Shown here one piece after another: positions 17,310 through 26,608 of a DNA stretch of 36,610 bases. Under the pieces are notes generated by a model. It searched no databases. It was not told the DNA's origin and saw only the letters and a program-made list of their open reading frames with translations. This DNA is from a virus. Its lineage: Duplodnaviria; Heunggongvirae; Uroviricota; Caudoviricetes. The DNA is taken from the IMG/VR virus record IMGVR_UViG_2541047898_000006. One strand, written 5' to 3'. Position numbers and translations under genes: made by a program. Position 1 is the first letter of the stretch; every line of letters starts with the position of its first letter.

Positions 17310-17512
17310 TGAAAGTGCGTGCGCATCAGTATGACACGGTGGACGCGCTTTGCTGGCGTCATTACGGGCGCACGCAGGGTGTCACGGAGCAGGTACTGAA
17401 GGCAAATCCGGGGCTTGCCGAATACGGCCCCTTTTTACCTCACGGGCTGCAGGTGGAGCTGCCGGACATTCCGACCACCACCACCGTGCAGACCGTCCAG
17501 CTATGGGACTGA
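17309..17512 (+). CDS. X: Tail protein X (gpX)
   Basis: 67 aa, identical in length to P2 gpX; coupled to L. Confidence 0.8.
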   Translation: MKVRAHQYDTVDALCWRHYGRTQGVTEQVLKANPGLAEYGPFLPHGLQVELPDIPTTTTVQTVQLWD

Positions 17513-17515
17513 ATT

Positions 17516-17731
17516 ATGACGCTTGAGCGAATCAGCGCCTTTATCACGTATTGTATCGCCGTCGTGCTGGCCTGGCTGGGCGATTTGTCCATCAAGGATG
17601 CCTCAACGCTGGGCGGCCTGATGATTGGTGTGCTGATGCTGGCTATCAACTGGTACTACAAACACAAAGCCTACCAGCTTCTGCGCGACGGGCAGATCTC
17701 GCGGGAGGACTATGAATCCATCAATCGTTAA
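17516..17731 (+). CDS. Holin (small two-TM, pinholin-like)
   Basis: 71 aa with two hydrophobic helices (ISAFITYCIAVVLAWLG; LGGLMIGVLMLAINWYY) and a charged C-terminus; directly upstream of and overlapping the endolysin gene. Confidence 0.65.
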   Translation: MTLERISAFITYCIAVVLAWLGDLSIKDASTLGGLMIGVLMLAINWYYKHKAYQLLRDGQISREDYESINR

Positions 17732-18224
17732 ACGCTGCCTTGTCGGGGCCGTGCTGGCTATTGCTGCCACGCTGCCGGGTTTTCAGCAGCTTCACACCTC
17801 CGTGGAAGGGCTGAAACTGATTGCCGATTACGAAGGTTGTCGTCTGCAGCCGTATCAGTGCAGCGCGGGTATCTGGACCGACGGCATTGGTAATACGTCG
17901 GGCGTCATTCCCGGCAAAACCATTACGGAGCGACAGGCAGCAGAAGGGCTGATCTCCAACGTGCTGCGTGTGGAGCGAGCGCTGGAAAGGTGTGTGAAGC
18001 AACAGCCGCCGCAGAAGGTGTATGACGCTGCGGTGTCGTTTGCCTTCAACGTGGGTACGGGCAATGCCTGCAGTTCCACGCTGGTGAAATTGCTCAATCA
18101 GCGGCGCTGGGCGGATGCGTGCCGACAGTTGCCGCGCTGGGTTTATGTGAAAGGTGTTTTTAATCAGGGGCTGGATAACCGCCGTGCGCGGGAGATGGCC
18201 TGGTGCTTACAGGGAGCAAACTGA
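17712..18224 (+). CDS. K: Endolysin, GH24-type lysozyme with N-terminal SAR-like segment
   Basis: Catalytic E-D-T signature in YEGCRLQPYQCSAGIWTDGIGNT (T4-lysozyme-like). N-terminal weakly hydrophobic Gly/Ala-rich stretch CLVGAVLAIAATLPGF suggests a signal-anchor-release domain. Confidence 0.85.
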   Translation: MNPSIVKRCLVGAVLAIAATLPGFQQLHTSVEGLKLIADYEGCRLQPYQCSAGIWTDGIGNTSGVIPGKTITERQAAEGLISNVLRVERALERCVKQQPPQKVYDAAVSFAFNVGTGNACSSTLVKLLNQRRWADACRQLPRWVYVKGVFNQGLDNRRAREMAWCLQGAN

Positions 18225-18225
18225 A

Positions 18226-18603
18226 ATGAAAAAGAAGTTAATCAGCGGACTGTTTCTGATGTTATGGATGGCGCTGTTAATCGCAGCAATGGTGTATCCG
18301 CAGGGGATTTTTCCGGTACTGGCAGCATCCGGCGTTTGGGTAGCCTGTCTGCTGACATGGGTGGCAATTCCGTTATCACTGGCTGCGTTAATTAAGAACG
18401 GCCCGCTCTGGCAGGAGTTGAGGGCATCTTTGCTGAAGACAATTACCCGAAAAGAAAACGTATTTATCAGCTGGATGATGCGATTGCTGATTGTCGTCAG
18501 TCTCGCCTGGACGGGGTGGGCTATTACCCTGGTCTTTTATCTACTGACCGTTATTGCCTTCTGGATCACCCGTAATCAGATGGCGCAACAGGTAGCAGCA
18601 TGA
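18226..18603 (+). CDS. lysA: LysA-like membrane protein (lysis accessory)
   Basis: Start at ATG 18226 (AGGGAG SD) just after the endolysin stop; 125 aa with several TM helices. Confidence 0.6.
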   Translation: MKKKLISGLFLMLWMALLIAAMVYPQGIFPVLAASGVWVACLLTWVAIPLSLAALIKNGPLWQELRASLLKTITRKENVFISWMMRLLIVVSLAWTGWAITLVFYLLTVIAFWITRNQMAQQVAA

Positions 18604-19028
18604 ACCGGTTGCTGCTGGTTGTGCTGGCGTTATTACTGGCGGCGCTGGGCTGGCAGACGTGGCGGCTGGCTGATGCCAGTCAGACCATCAGCACGCAGGC
18701 AGACGAGCTGCAGAGCAAAAGCCAGGCACTGGCAAAGAGCAACAGCCAGCTTATCAGCCTGTCCATTCTGGCTGAAACCAACAACCGGGAGCAGGCGCGG
18801 CTCTACGCCGAAGCAGAACAGACCAGCGCACTGCTGAGACAACGACAACGCCGGATCGAGGAACTGAAACGTGAGAACGAGGATTTACGCCGCTGGGCTG
18901 ATACTCCTTTGCCTGCTGACATTATCCGGCTGCGGGAACGCCCCACGCTCACCGGAGGTGCAGCTTACCGTCAGTGGTTGTCCGCGAGTGACGCCGTGTC
19001 GGCTGGATCAGGCAGCGCCGCGCACTAA
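18600..19028 (+). CDS. lysB: LysB, Rz-like inner-membrane spanin
   Basis: 142 aa, N-terminal TM (LLLVVLALLLAALGW) followed by a coiled-coil-like, charged periplasmic part. Confidence 0.75.
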   Translation: MNRLLLVVLALLLAALGWQTWRLADASQTISTQADELQSKSQALAKSNSQLISLSILAETNNREQARLYAEAEQTSALLRQRQRRIEELKRENEDLRRWADTPLPADIIRLRERPTLTGGAAYRQWLSASDAVSAGSGSAAH

Positions 19029-19161
19029 CGGTGATCTGAACGCGTTGCTGGATGAAACGGAGGCCGCCTGGGCGGTCTGCGCAGACAAAGTGGACATGAT
19101 TATTGCGTGTCAGGAGCGAAACAGTGAACAAACCACAATCCCTGCGCCACGCCCTCAATAA
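18871..19161 (+). CDS. lysC: LysC, Rz1-like outer-membrane lipoprotein spanin
   Basis: 96-aa ORF in another frame overlapping the 3' end of lysB; lipobox LTLSGC; same length as P2 LysC. Confidence 0.7.
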   Translation: MRTRIYAAGLILLCLLTLSGCGNAPRSPEVQLTVSGCPRVTPCRLDQAAPRTNGDLNALLDETEAAWAVCADKVDMIIACQERNSEQTTIPAPRPQ

Positions 19162-19555
19162 AGCGGTGCCTTATGTCCGCAATAACCCGGACAAACTGCA
19201 TCTGTTTGTGGATAACGGTTCGCTGGTTGCCACGGGGGCCAGCTCCATGTCGTGGGAGTACCGTTACACCCTGAACGCGGTGATTGAGGATTTCAGCGGC
19301 GACCAGAATCTGCTGATGGCCCCGGTTTTGCTGTGGCTGAGGGATAACCAGCCCGATGCCATCAATAACCCGGCGTTACGGGAAAAACTATTCACCTTTG
19401 AGGTGGATATTCTGCGCAACGATGTCTGTGATATCAGCTTGAACCTGCAACTGACGGAACGTGTGCTGGTCAGCACTGACGGCAGTGTGTCGAGCGTTGA
19501 GGCTGTAGCGGAACCCGATGAATCTGAAGAAATGTGGACGGTGAAACGTGGCTGA
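19124..19555 (+). CDS. R: Tail completion protein R (gpR)
   Basis: Likely GTG start at 19124 with AGGAG 7 nt upstream; synteny with P2 R. Confidence 0.8.
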   Translation: MNKPQSLRHALNKAVPYVRNNPDKLHLFVDNGSLVATGASSMSWEYRYTLNAVIEDFSGDQNLLMAPVLLWLRDNQPDAINNPALREKLFTFEVDILRNDVCDISLNLQLTERVLVSTDGSVSSVEAVAEPDESEEMWTVKRG

Positions 19556-19997
19556 ACTGCAGAAAGTGGACGACTGGCTGAGTGCTTTGTTGGCGAATCT
19601 GGAACCAGCCGCCAGAAGCCGCATGATGCGCCAGCTGGCGCAGGAACTGCGCCGGACACAGCAGCAGAATATCAGGATGCAGCGCAACCCTGACGGCAGC
19701 AGCTATGAACCGCGACGGGTAACAGCACGCAGTAAAAAGGGGCGTATCAAACGTCAGATGTTTGCAAAGCTGCGCACCACAAAATATCTGAAAACTGCAG
19801 CCAGCGCCGATTCTGCCAGCGTACAGTTTGAAGGTAAGGTGCAGCGCATTGCCCGCGTTCATCACTACGGCCTGCGCGATCGTGTCAGTCGTAAGGGACC
19901 GAAGGTCCGTTACGCAGAGCGTCGCCTGCTGGGTGTAAATGATGATGTTGAAGCAAATATTCGTGATATTTTGCTACGTTGGCTAAGCCAATATTAA
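19548..19997 (+). CDS. S: Tail completion protein S (gpS)
   Basis: 149 aa, overlapping R; size and synteny as P2 gpS. Confidence 0.85.
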   Translation: MAELQKVDDWLSALLANLEPAARSRMMRQLAQELRRTQQQNIRMQRNPDGSSYEPRRVTARSKKGRIKRQMFAKLRTTKYLKTAASADSASVQFEGKVQRIARVHHYGLRDRVSRKGPKVRYAERRLLGVNDDVEANIRDILLRWLSQY

Positions 19998-19998
19998 T

Positions 19999-20694
19999 TC
20001 ATGTCAAATATTGATAACTTTTATCAATTTCAAGTTTGTGAAATTTGGTTATCTTTGAATCAATGTATAAATCTATGAACATTGCTATCCCTATCATAAA
20101 TATAAATAGAATGCTTAAATAAATAATGGGGGTGGCAATCATAATTGTAAATTTGTTCTTGTCTGTCGTTTTTGCTAACTCTTCTTTCTTTTCAGGAATT
20201 AGCAAGTAGCTACAAATGAAATCTTTTGTGGCTTGTTGGATTGAAGTGATCTTATCAAGCTGTGACTTGTCAACACATACATCTGGTGTGATATTCCATT
20301 CAGGTGTGTATGGTATGTTTTGTGCGTGTTCTGGTTTCATCCAAAAGGAATCTTTTGTTTCTCTATGTGTGATTTCAATCCAATTTACGGGTTCTTTGGC
20401 GATGAAATAGGTAAATTTATAAAAACAAAGTGCTGAGGTCATAATGACTGCAATTCCAAATGAGACGATAAATATTTTATGTTTTTTAATATGGGGTTTT
20501 GTGCTTAACTTATATTTGCAAAGACTAAGTCTAATAATTGGCTTTGATATTCCAATCTTTGATATCAAAAAGTCTTCTTCTGGATAGGATGTGTTTAACC
20601 ATGACCAAAAAGCCGAGATGCCACCTATAAGCCATTTAAATATAAGACCACCAATGGCCGTAGCTAAAAATGTATTTATTTTATCAATTTCCAT
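19999..20694 (-). CDS. AT-rich membrane protein of unknown function (cargo in the S-V slot)
   Basis: 231-aa minus-strand ORF inside the otherwise plus-strand late region. GGGGA SD 5 nt upstream. Three hydrophobic helices, at the N-terminus, near residue 80 and near the C-terminus. Visibly lower GC than neighbours. Confidence 0.65.
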   Translation of the reverse strand: MEIDKINTFLATAIGGLIFKWLIGGISAFWSWLNTSYPEEDFLISKIGISKPIIRLSLCKYKLSTKPHIKKHKIFIVSFGIAVIMTSALCFYKFTYFIAKEPVNWIEITHRETKDSFWMKPEHAQNIPYTPEWNITPDVCVDKSQLDKITSIQQATKDFICSYLLIPEKKEELAKTTDKNKFTIMIATPIIYLSILFIFMIGIAMFIDLYIDSKITKFHKLEIDKSYQYLT

Positions 20695-20730
20695 ATAGAT
20701 CCCCTTTGGGTTGAGCTATCTGGGATTATA

Positions 20731-20748
20731 TGTATGAGAGACAGAACA
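20731..20748 (+). promoter_or_regulatory. TGT-N12-ACA dyad, candidate late promoter element upstream of V
   Basis: TGTatgagagacagaACA in the S-V intergenic region; it sits closer to the V start codon than expected for a -55 site. Confidence 0.3.
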
Positions 20749-20794
20749 ATGAAGCGAGGTTCGTTAAAATAGGAATCACGGGCATTCTTTCTTC

Positions 20795-21373
20795 ATGAAC
20801 GCACAATTAACCGAAATCATGCGCCTTATCACCAACCTGATCCGCACTGGTGTAGTCACCGAAGTGGACCGGGAAAACTGGCTTTGCCGGGTGAAAACGG
20901 GCGACCTTGAAACCAACTGGATTAACTGGCTGACGCTGCGCGCGGGAAATGCCCGCACATGGTGGAAACCATCGGAAGGTGAGCAGGTGGTGCTGCTGAG
21001 TCTGGGCGGTAATCTGGAAACCGCCTTTGCGCTGCCCGCTGTCTATTCGAATCAGTTCGCGCCACCGTCGACGTCGGCAGACGCCTGCGTGACAGAACAT
21101 CCTGACGGCGGCTGGTTTGAATACGAACCCGCCACCGGGCGCTGGTATGTCAGGGGCATCAAATCAATGGTCATTGAGGCCGCTGACAACATCACCATGA
21201 AAACCAGTGAGTTTGTGCTGGAGGCTGACCGCACGCGTATTAACAGCGAAGTGGTGATCAATGGTGGCGTTACCCAGGGCGGCGGTGCAATGAGTTCCAG
21301 GGGGATCGTGGTTGATGCGCATCAGCATACTGGCGTCCTGAAAGGCGGCGATACAACCGGAGGCCCGGTATGA
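20795..21373 (+). CDS. V: Baseplate assembly protein V (spike)
   Basis: 192 aa; N-terminal region parallels P2 gpV (…RTGVVTEVD…CRVKTGDLETNWINWL…RTWWKPSEGEQVVLL…). Confidence 0.88.
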   Translation: MNAQLTEIMRLITNLIRTGVVTEVDRENWLCRVKTGDLETNWINWLTLRAGNARTWWKPSEGEQVVLLSLGGNLETAFALPAVYSNQFAPPSTSADACVTEHPDGGWFEYEPATGRWYVRGIKSMVIEAADNITMKTSEFVLEADRTRINSEVVINGGVTQGGGAMSSRGIVVDAHQHTGVLKGGDTTGGPV

Positions 21374-21729
21374 CGCTTTATAGCGGGATGAACAATACCA
21401 GCGGCAAAGCCATTACTGATATTGACCATCTGCGCCAGTCGGTGCGGGACATTCTGCTGACGCCACAGGGTAGCCGCATTGCCCGTCGTGAATATGGTTC
21501 CCTGCTGTGGGCACTGATAGACCAGCCACAAAATCCGGCATTACGCCTGCAGGTCATGTCGGCAGTGTATGTGGCGCTCAGTCGCTGGGAGCCACGGCTG
21601 ACGCTGGATTCCATCACTATCAACAGCAACTTTGACGGTTCTATGGTGGTGGAGCTGACCGGACGGCGGAATAACGGTGTGCCTGTGTCCCTTTCCGTAT
21701 CAACAGGAGCAGAGAATGGCAGTGATTGA
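21370..21729 (+). CDS. W: Baseplate protein W (gp25-like)
   Basis: 119 aa, coupled to V and J; size and synteny as P2 gpW. Confidence 0.85.
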   Translation: MTLYSGMNNTSGKAITDIDHLRQSVRDILLTPQGSRIARREYGSLLWALIDQPQNPALRLQVMSAVYVALSRWEPRLTLDSITINSNFDGSMVVELTGRRNNGVPVSLSVSTGAENGSD

Positions 21730-22624
21730 CCTTTCGCAGTTGCCTGCACCGCAGATTGTGGATGTGCCGGACTTTGAGACGCTGCTTGCCGAACGCAAGG
21801 CAGAATTTGTGGCGCTTCATCCGAAAGATGAGCAGGAAGCAGTGATCCGCACGCTGGAACTGGAATCTGAACCCGTCACCAAATTGTTGCAGGAGAACGC
21901 TTACCGTGAATTGCTTCTGCGCCAGCGCATTAACGAAGCCGCGCAGGCGGTGATGGTGGCTTACGCGATGGGCGGCGATCTTGACCAGCTCGCTGCCAAC
22001 TACAACGTGAAACGCCTGACGGTGACGCCTGCTGATAATGACGCTGTGCCGCCCGTTGCGGCAGTGATGGAAAGTGATGAAGCGTTACGCCTGCGTGTGC
22101 CTGCAGCCTTTGAAGGGCTTTCAGTTGCGGGGCCAACTGCCGCTTATGAATTTCATGCCCGAAGCGCCGACGGTCGGGTGGCGGATGCCAGTGCAACCAG
22201 TCCGGCGCCTGCAGAGGTGGTGCTGACGGTCCTGAGTCGTGAAGGCGACGGAACAGCAGAAAAAGACCTGCTGGATGTGGTGGAAAAAGCACTGAACAGT
22301 GAGAACGTCCGCCCGGTGGCTGACCGTCTGACGGTTCGCAGCGCGGAAATCATCCCGTACCGCGTGGAAGCCACCATTTTTCTCTACCCGGGGCCGGAAG
22401 CAGAGCCGGTAATGGCAGCGGCAAAAGCCAGCCTGCAGAAGTACATCGCCAGTCAGACGCGTCTTGGTCGGGATATTCGCCGTAGTGCCATTTTTGCCGC
22501 GCTGCATGTTGAGGGGGTTCAACGTGTAGAACTGGCTTCTCCGCTGGCGGATGTGGTCCTGAACAAAACACAGGCGGCATCATGTACGGAGTGGAGCGTA
22601 ACCAACGGAGGAACGGATGAATAG
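21716..22624 (+). CDS. J: Baseplate protein J
   Basis: Start at ATG 21716 (AGGAG SD) gives 302 aa, the same length as P2 gpJ. Confidence 0.88.
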   Translation: MAVIDLSQLPAPQIVDVPDFETLLAERKAEFVALHPKDEQEAVIRTLELESEPVTKLLQENAYRELLLRQRINEAAQAVMVAYAMGGDLDQLAANYNVKRLTVTPADNDAVPPVAAVMESDEALRLRVPAAFEGLSVAGPTAAYEFHARSADGRVADASATSPAPAEVVLTVLSREGDGTAEKDLLDVVEKALNSENVRPVADRLTVRSAEIIPYRVEATIFLYPGPEAEPVMAAAKASLQKYIASQTRLGRDIRRSAIFAALHVEGVQRVELASPLADVVLNKTQAASCTEWSVTNGGTDE

Positions 22625-23222
22625 TCTGCTGCCACCGGGTTCAACGCCACTGGAGCGCCGACTGGCACAAGCGTGCAGCGGGATTTCTGATCTGCAGGTG
22701 CCGCTGCGTGACTTGTGGAATCCGGCAACCTGTCCGGTCAGTTTCCTGCCTTATCTTGCCTGGGCGTTCTCTGTGGATCGCTGGGACGAGAGCTGGACAG
22801 AAAGCGTCAAACGCCAGGTGGTAAAGGATGCTTTTTATATTCATCAGCATAAAGGAACCACCAGTGCCGTGCGGCGGGTGGTGGAACCGTTCGGCTTTCT
22901 GATCCGCATTATTGAGTGGTGGCAGACCGGAGAGACACCGGGCACGTTTCGTCTGGATATCGGCGTGCAGGACCAGGGCATCACTGAAGATACCTATCTG
23001 GAACTTGAGCGGTTGATAAGCGATGCCAAACCATGTAGCCGTCACATGATCGGCATGTCCATCAATCTGCAGAGCAGTGGCCCGCATTGGGTGGGGGCCG
23101 CCAGTTATCTTGGCGAAGAAATCACGATCTATCCGTATATCAACGAAACAATTATTTCCGGCGGCACCGCGCATGAAGGCGGGGCGGTCCATGTTATTGA
23201 CACAATGAGAGTGAATCCATGA
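22617..23222 (+). CDS. I: Tail protein I
   Basis: 201 aa, overlapping J and H; synteny with P2 gpI. Confidence 0.85.
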   Translation: MNSLLPPGSTPLERRLAQACSGISDLQVPLRDLWNPATCPVSFLPYLAWAFSVDRWDESWTESVKRQVVKDAFYIHQHKGTTSAVRRVVEPFGFLIRIIEWWQTGETPGTFRLDIGVQDQGITEDTYLELERLISDAKPCSRHMIGMSINLQSSGPHWVGAASYLGEEITIYPYINETIISGGTAHEGGAVHVIDTMRVNP

Positions 23223-24646
23223 GCACAAAATTTTATACCCTGCTGACGGATATTGGCGCGGCGAAACTTGCCAGCGCCGCCGCGCTCGGTGTGCCTTTAA
23301 AAATTACCCATATGGCGGTCGGCGATGGCGGCGGAACATTGCCAACGCCGGACGCAAAGCAGACAGCATTGGTAAATGAGAAACGCCGGGCTGCGCTGAA
23401 TATGCTCTATATCGACCCGCAGAACAGCAGCCAGATTATTGCCGAACAGGTGATCCCAGAAAACGAGGGCGGTTGGTGGATACGTGAAGTGGGCCTGTTT
23501 GATGAGTCCGGGGCATTGATTGCCGTAGGAAACTGCCCGGAAAGCTATAAGCCGCAACTGGCTGAAGGCAGCGGGCGTACCCAGACCGTACGGATGGTGC
23601 TGATTACCAGCAGTACCGATAATATCACACTGAAAATTGACCCTTCAGTGGTACTGGCAACCCGCAAGTATGTGGATGACAAGGTGCTTGAGCTTAAGGT
23701 GTATGTGGATGACCTGATGGCAAAGCATCTTGCTGCTGCAGATCCTCATACGCAGTATGCGCCCAAAGACAGCCCAACATTGACTGGCACGCCGAAAACG
23801 CCAACAGCACCGGCGGGAACTAACACGACTCAGATTGCTAGCACGGCATTTGTGCAGGCGGTGGTCACTGCGCTAAATAACGCACTGGCGTTGAAAGCTC
23901 CACTGGCAAGTCCGGCCCTGACCGGAACGCCGACGGCTCCGACTGCAGCGCAGACGGCGAACAATACGCAGATTGCCACCACGGCATTTGTGAAAGCGGC
24001 AGTTGCCGAGATGGTCGGTTCATCGCCGGAGGCGCTGGATACGTTAAATGAATTGGCTGCTGCGCTGGGGAATGATCCTAACTTTGCGACAACAGTAATG
24101 AGTGCGCTGGCGGGAAAAATGAACAAAGCAGCTAATGGCGCTGATATTGCCGATGTTTCTGCTTTTCTAAAAAACCTTCATCTTGGGGAGGGCAGTGCGT
24201 TGCCAGTCGGTGTTCCTGTTCCGTGGCCTACTGCAATACCGCCGGAAGGTTGGTTGAAGTGTAATGGAGCATCATTCAGTTCCTCGCAATATCCGAAACT
24301 GGCGCAGGTTTATCCGTCATTAAAATTACCAGATCTACGCAGTGAGTTTATTCGCGGCTGGGACGATGGGCGTGGCGTAGACGCTGGACGTCAGGTTCTA
24401 ACGTCTCAGACTGATGCTATGCAGCCGATTATCGGCTCCATTGGCTATGGTACAAACGGTATGTTTACTTATGCTGATGGAGCTTTTACGGGTATAGATC
24501 GTGAAAGCGGAGACGGTATTGTTACACAGGCAACAAGCATCTCACAATATAAACAGGCTCACTTAGATTCAAGTACGATAACACGAACAGCGGCAGAAAC
24601 ACGTCCACGGAATATTTCATTTAATTACATTGTGAGAGCAGCATAA
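23219..24646 (+). CDS. H: Tail fibre protein H
   Basis: 475 aa. Conserved N-terminus (MSTKFYTLLTDIGAAKLA...), internal repeated PxLTGTP(K/T)xPTA...NxTQIA(S/T)TAFV motif, and a C-terminal collar-type domain (PVPWP...GWLKCNG...YPKL). Confidence 0.85.
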   Translation: MSTKFYTLLTDIGAAKLASAAALGVPLKITHMAVGDGGGTLPTPDAKQTALVNEKRRAALNMLYIDPQNSSQIIAEQVIPENEGGWWIREVGLFDESGALIAVGNCPESYKPQLAEGSGRTQTVRMVLITSSTDNITLKIDPSVVLATRKYVDDKVLELKVYVDDLMAKHLAAADPHTQYAPKDSPTLTGTPKTPTAPAGTNTTQIASTAFVQAVVTALNNALALKAPLASPALTGTPTAPTAAQTANNTQIATTAFVKAAVAEMVGSSPEALDTLNELAAALGNDPNFATTVMSALAGKMNKAANGADIADVSAFLKNLHLGEGSALPVGVPVPWPTAIPPEGWLKCNGASFSSSQYPKLAQVYPSLKLPDLRSEFIRGWDDGRGVDAGRQVLTSQTDAMQPIIGSIGYGTNGMFTYADGAFTGIDRESGDGIVTQATSISQYKQAHLDSSTITRTAAETRPRNISFNYIVRAA

Positions 24647-25242
24647 TGACAGAAGCGAAACTAAATAATGAGTTTATAGCTGTGGAATCTGGCAATATAA
24701 CGGTGTTTAACTTTGATATTGAAACTCGTGAATATCTTTCTTCTAGTGTTGAATTTCTTGCTGTAGGGGTTGGGATTCCTGCTAATTCATGCATTGATAT
24801 GCCGGGTAAAAGTAAAAAAGGGTTAACCATTTGCCGGACTAAGGATCTTACCGCGTGGGAATATATTGCTGATCATCGAGGTGAGACTGTTTATAGCACC
24901 GAAACTGGCAAAAAAATAGCTGTAACAGTGCTCGGCGATTACCCAGAAAAAACTACGAAACTACCTCCTGCTACACCATACGATAAGTGGAACGGTAGTG
25001 CATGGGTGACAGATACCGAGATGCAGCACGAGGTTGACGTGGAAACTGCTGATCAGAAGAAAGCGGAGCTTCTGGCAAAGGCTCAGCTAACAATCAATCT
25101 ATGGCAGACAGAACTACAATTAGGAATTATCAGTGATGAAGATAAAGTCAGACTAATCACCTGGATGAATTACATCAAAGCGGTGCAGTTGGTAGACACG
25201 TCAACTGCGCCAGATATAACGTGGCCGAGGAAGCCCGAGTGA
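24646..25242 (+). CDS. G: Tail fibre assembly chaperone (gpG)
   Basis: 198 aa, coupled to H; size and synteny as P2 gpG. Confidence 0.8.
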   Translation: MTEAKLNNEFIAVESGNITVFNFDIETREYLSSSVEFLAVGVGIPANSCIDMPGKSKKGLTICRTKDLTAWEYIADHRGETVYSTETGKKIAVTVLGDYPEKTTKLPPATPYDKWNGSAWVTDTEMQHEVDVETADQKKAELLAKAQLTINLWQTELQLGIISDEDKVRLITWMNYIKAVQLVDTSTAPDITWPRKPE

Positions 25243-25369
25243 CTGAGAATTAAATGGTTAGTATCATCCTCCCCCACACTGCCTATATGGTATGAATACG
25301 AGGGGGAGGCTGTTTGTTGTCTGTTTCTGTGATAATATTAGATTCTCGTTTTTTAATAAAAAAATCAAT

Positions 25370-26380
25370 ATGAAAGAGAATAAAATACGTTCTGCCGATG
25401 GCGTGAGAGGTTTCGCTTTGATGATTGTTGTGGTGATGCATGCTACGGGACTATTCTTTCCCTCACTTCATGATCATCTCGGAGGTACGGGGCAGCCCGG
25501 TGTTTGGTTGTTTTTTGTTCTTAGCGCCTTTTTGTTGACACATAAATTTATTAATTCTGGTTTTTCGTTTTTGAATGTGTTGAGTTATCTTTTAGGGCGA
25601 ACAATAAGGATATTACCGATTTTTTATATTGCAGTATTAATTTATTACCTTATGGGATTTTATGATTTAGAGAAAATGAAATCGATAATTTCATTTGATA
25701 GTACTTACATCCATCTCTGGACTATTCCGATAGAATTCAAGTTTTACTTTTTGTTGCCGATTGTGGTTTATCTCGCATCTAGTATCCAGAAAGTTGCAGG
25801 TAGAAAATATTCTTTGTTATTTTTGATATTGTTAACCTTAGCGTTCGCTTTTATATACCCTTATACGGATGACGAAATCAACGGTAGGCTACCGTATTAC
25901 ATTCCTGTTTTTATGTATGGAATTATAATTGCGTTTATGTATAACTATTTTCAAATTAAAATATCATCTCTCGTTAGTGATGGGGTGTCAATTGCGATTA
26001 TATTAATATTTATAATGTTGACCCCTCCTTTTCAGGGGGCTAATGGTTGGTTGGGTAATAAATTTGTGGTATTAGGGCCATTTATTGCTCTCTTTGTATA
26101 TCTGCAAGTAAATTCCAGTGGGTATGTAAGCGCGGTTTTATCTTCAAAAATCATGGCGGATTTGGGGAAATATAGTTTTTCAATTTATTTGTTTCATATA
26201 ATGATAATTTTTATTGTTTATCCTAAATTTTTGGATAATGTTACTGCATACTTAGTTACTATAGCTTTATGTATTGGCGGTGGGGCTATTGCCTATCATT
26301 GCATTGAATCTCCCTTGGAATCGTTCAGACATAAGCTTATGAAAAGAATAACGCAGGCTTATCAGAATCAAAATATTTAA
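25370..26380 (+). CDS. Acyltransferase-3 family integral membrane protein (probable O-antigen/LPS O-acetyltransferase, lysogenic conversion cargo)
   Basis: Start at internal ATG 25370 (MKENKIRSADGVRGFALMIVVVMHA: R-x10-H motif of the acyltransferase-3 family). Roughly 10 hydrophobic helices. Strongly AT-rich. Sits in the G-FI slot where P2 carries Z/fun. Confidence 0.8.
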   Translation: MKENKIRSADGVRGFALMIVVVMHATGLFFPSLHDHLGGTGQPGVWLFFVLSAFLLTHKFINSGFSFLNVLSYLLGRTIRILPIFYIAVLIYYLMGFYDLEKMKSIISFDSTYIHLWTIPIEFKFYFLLPIVVYLASSIQKVAGRKYSLLFLILLTLAFAFIYPYTDDEINGRLPYYIPVFMYGIIIAFMYNYFQIKISSLVSDGVSIAIILIFIMLTPPFQGANGWLGNKFVVLGPFIALFVYLQVNSSGYVSAVLSSKIMADLGKYSFSIYLFHIMIIFIVYPKFLDNVTAYLVTIALCIGGGAIAYHCIESPLESFRHKLMKRITQAYQNQNI

Positions 26381-26514
26381 GTAAAAGCAAAAAAGGCTCT
26401 CGTCAACCGACGAAGCCTTTTAAAACGAGTATTAATTCCCGTCCTGTAAAGTGCCCCCTATCCCAGAACAACGTTTTTAGTTATCAACGCCGTTCCGAAA
26501 ATTTCCTGCGACGT

Positions 26515-26532
26515 TGTGTGATTAACCGTACA
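26515..26532 (+). promoter_or_regulatory. TGT-N12-ACA dyad, candidate Ogr-dependent late promoter element (PF)
   Basis: TGTgtgattaaccgtACA lies about 80-95 bp upstream of the FI start codon. Confidence 0.4.
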
Positions 26533-26608
26533 ACGCACATCAGCTGTCTGCATGGCGTAATCAATACAACATAGGGCGAAGCCTAAACCAATCAGGAGGT
26601 TCGCCACT

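Noticed and set aside
14490-17362. Antisense and alternative-frame ORFs within the O, N, M and L genes (for example 14490..14945, 15946..16428, 16661..17113)
   Set aside because: Same reasoning: they overlap confident capsid genes and lack independent start signals.
25268-25309. Inverted repeat CCTCCCCC / GGGGGAGG after the tail fibre assembly gene
   Set aside because: The loop is about 26 nt and there is no clean T-tract; it may be a weak terminator or recombination scar but cannot be supported from sequence alone.
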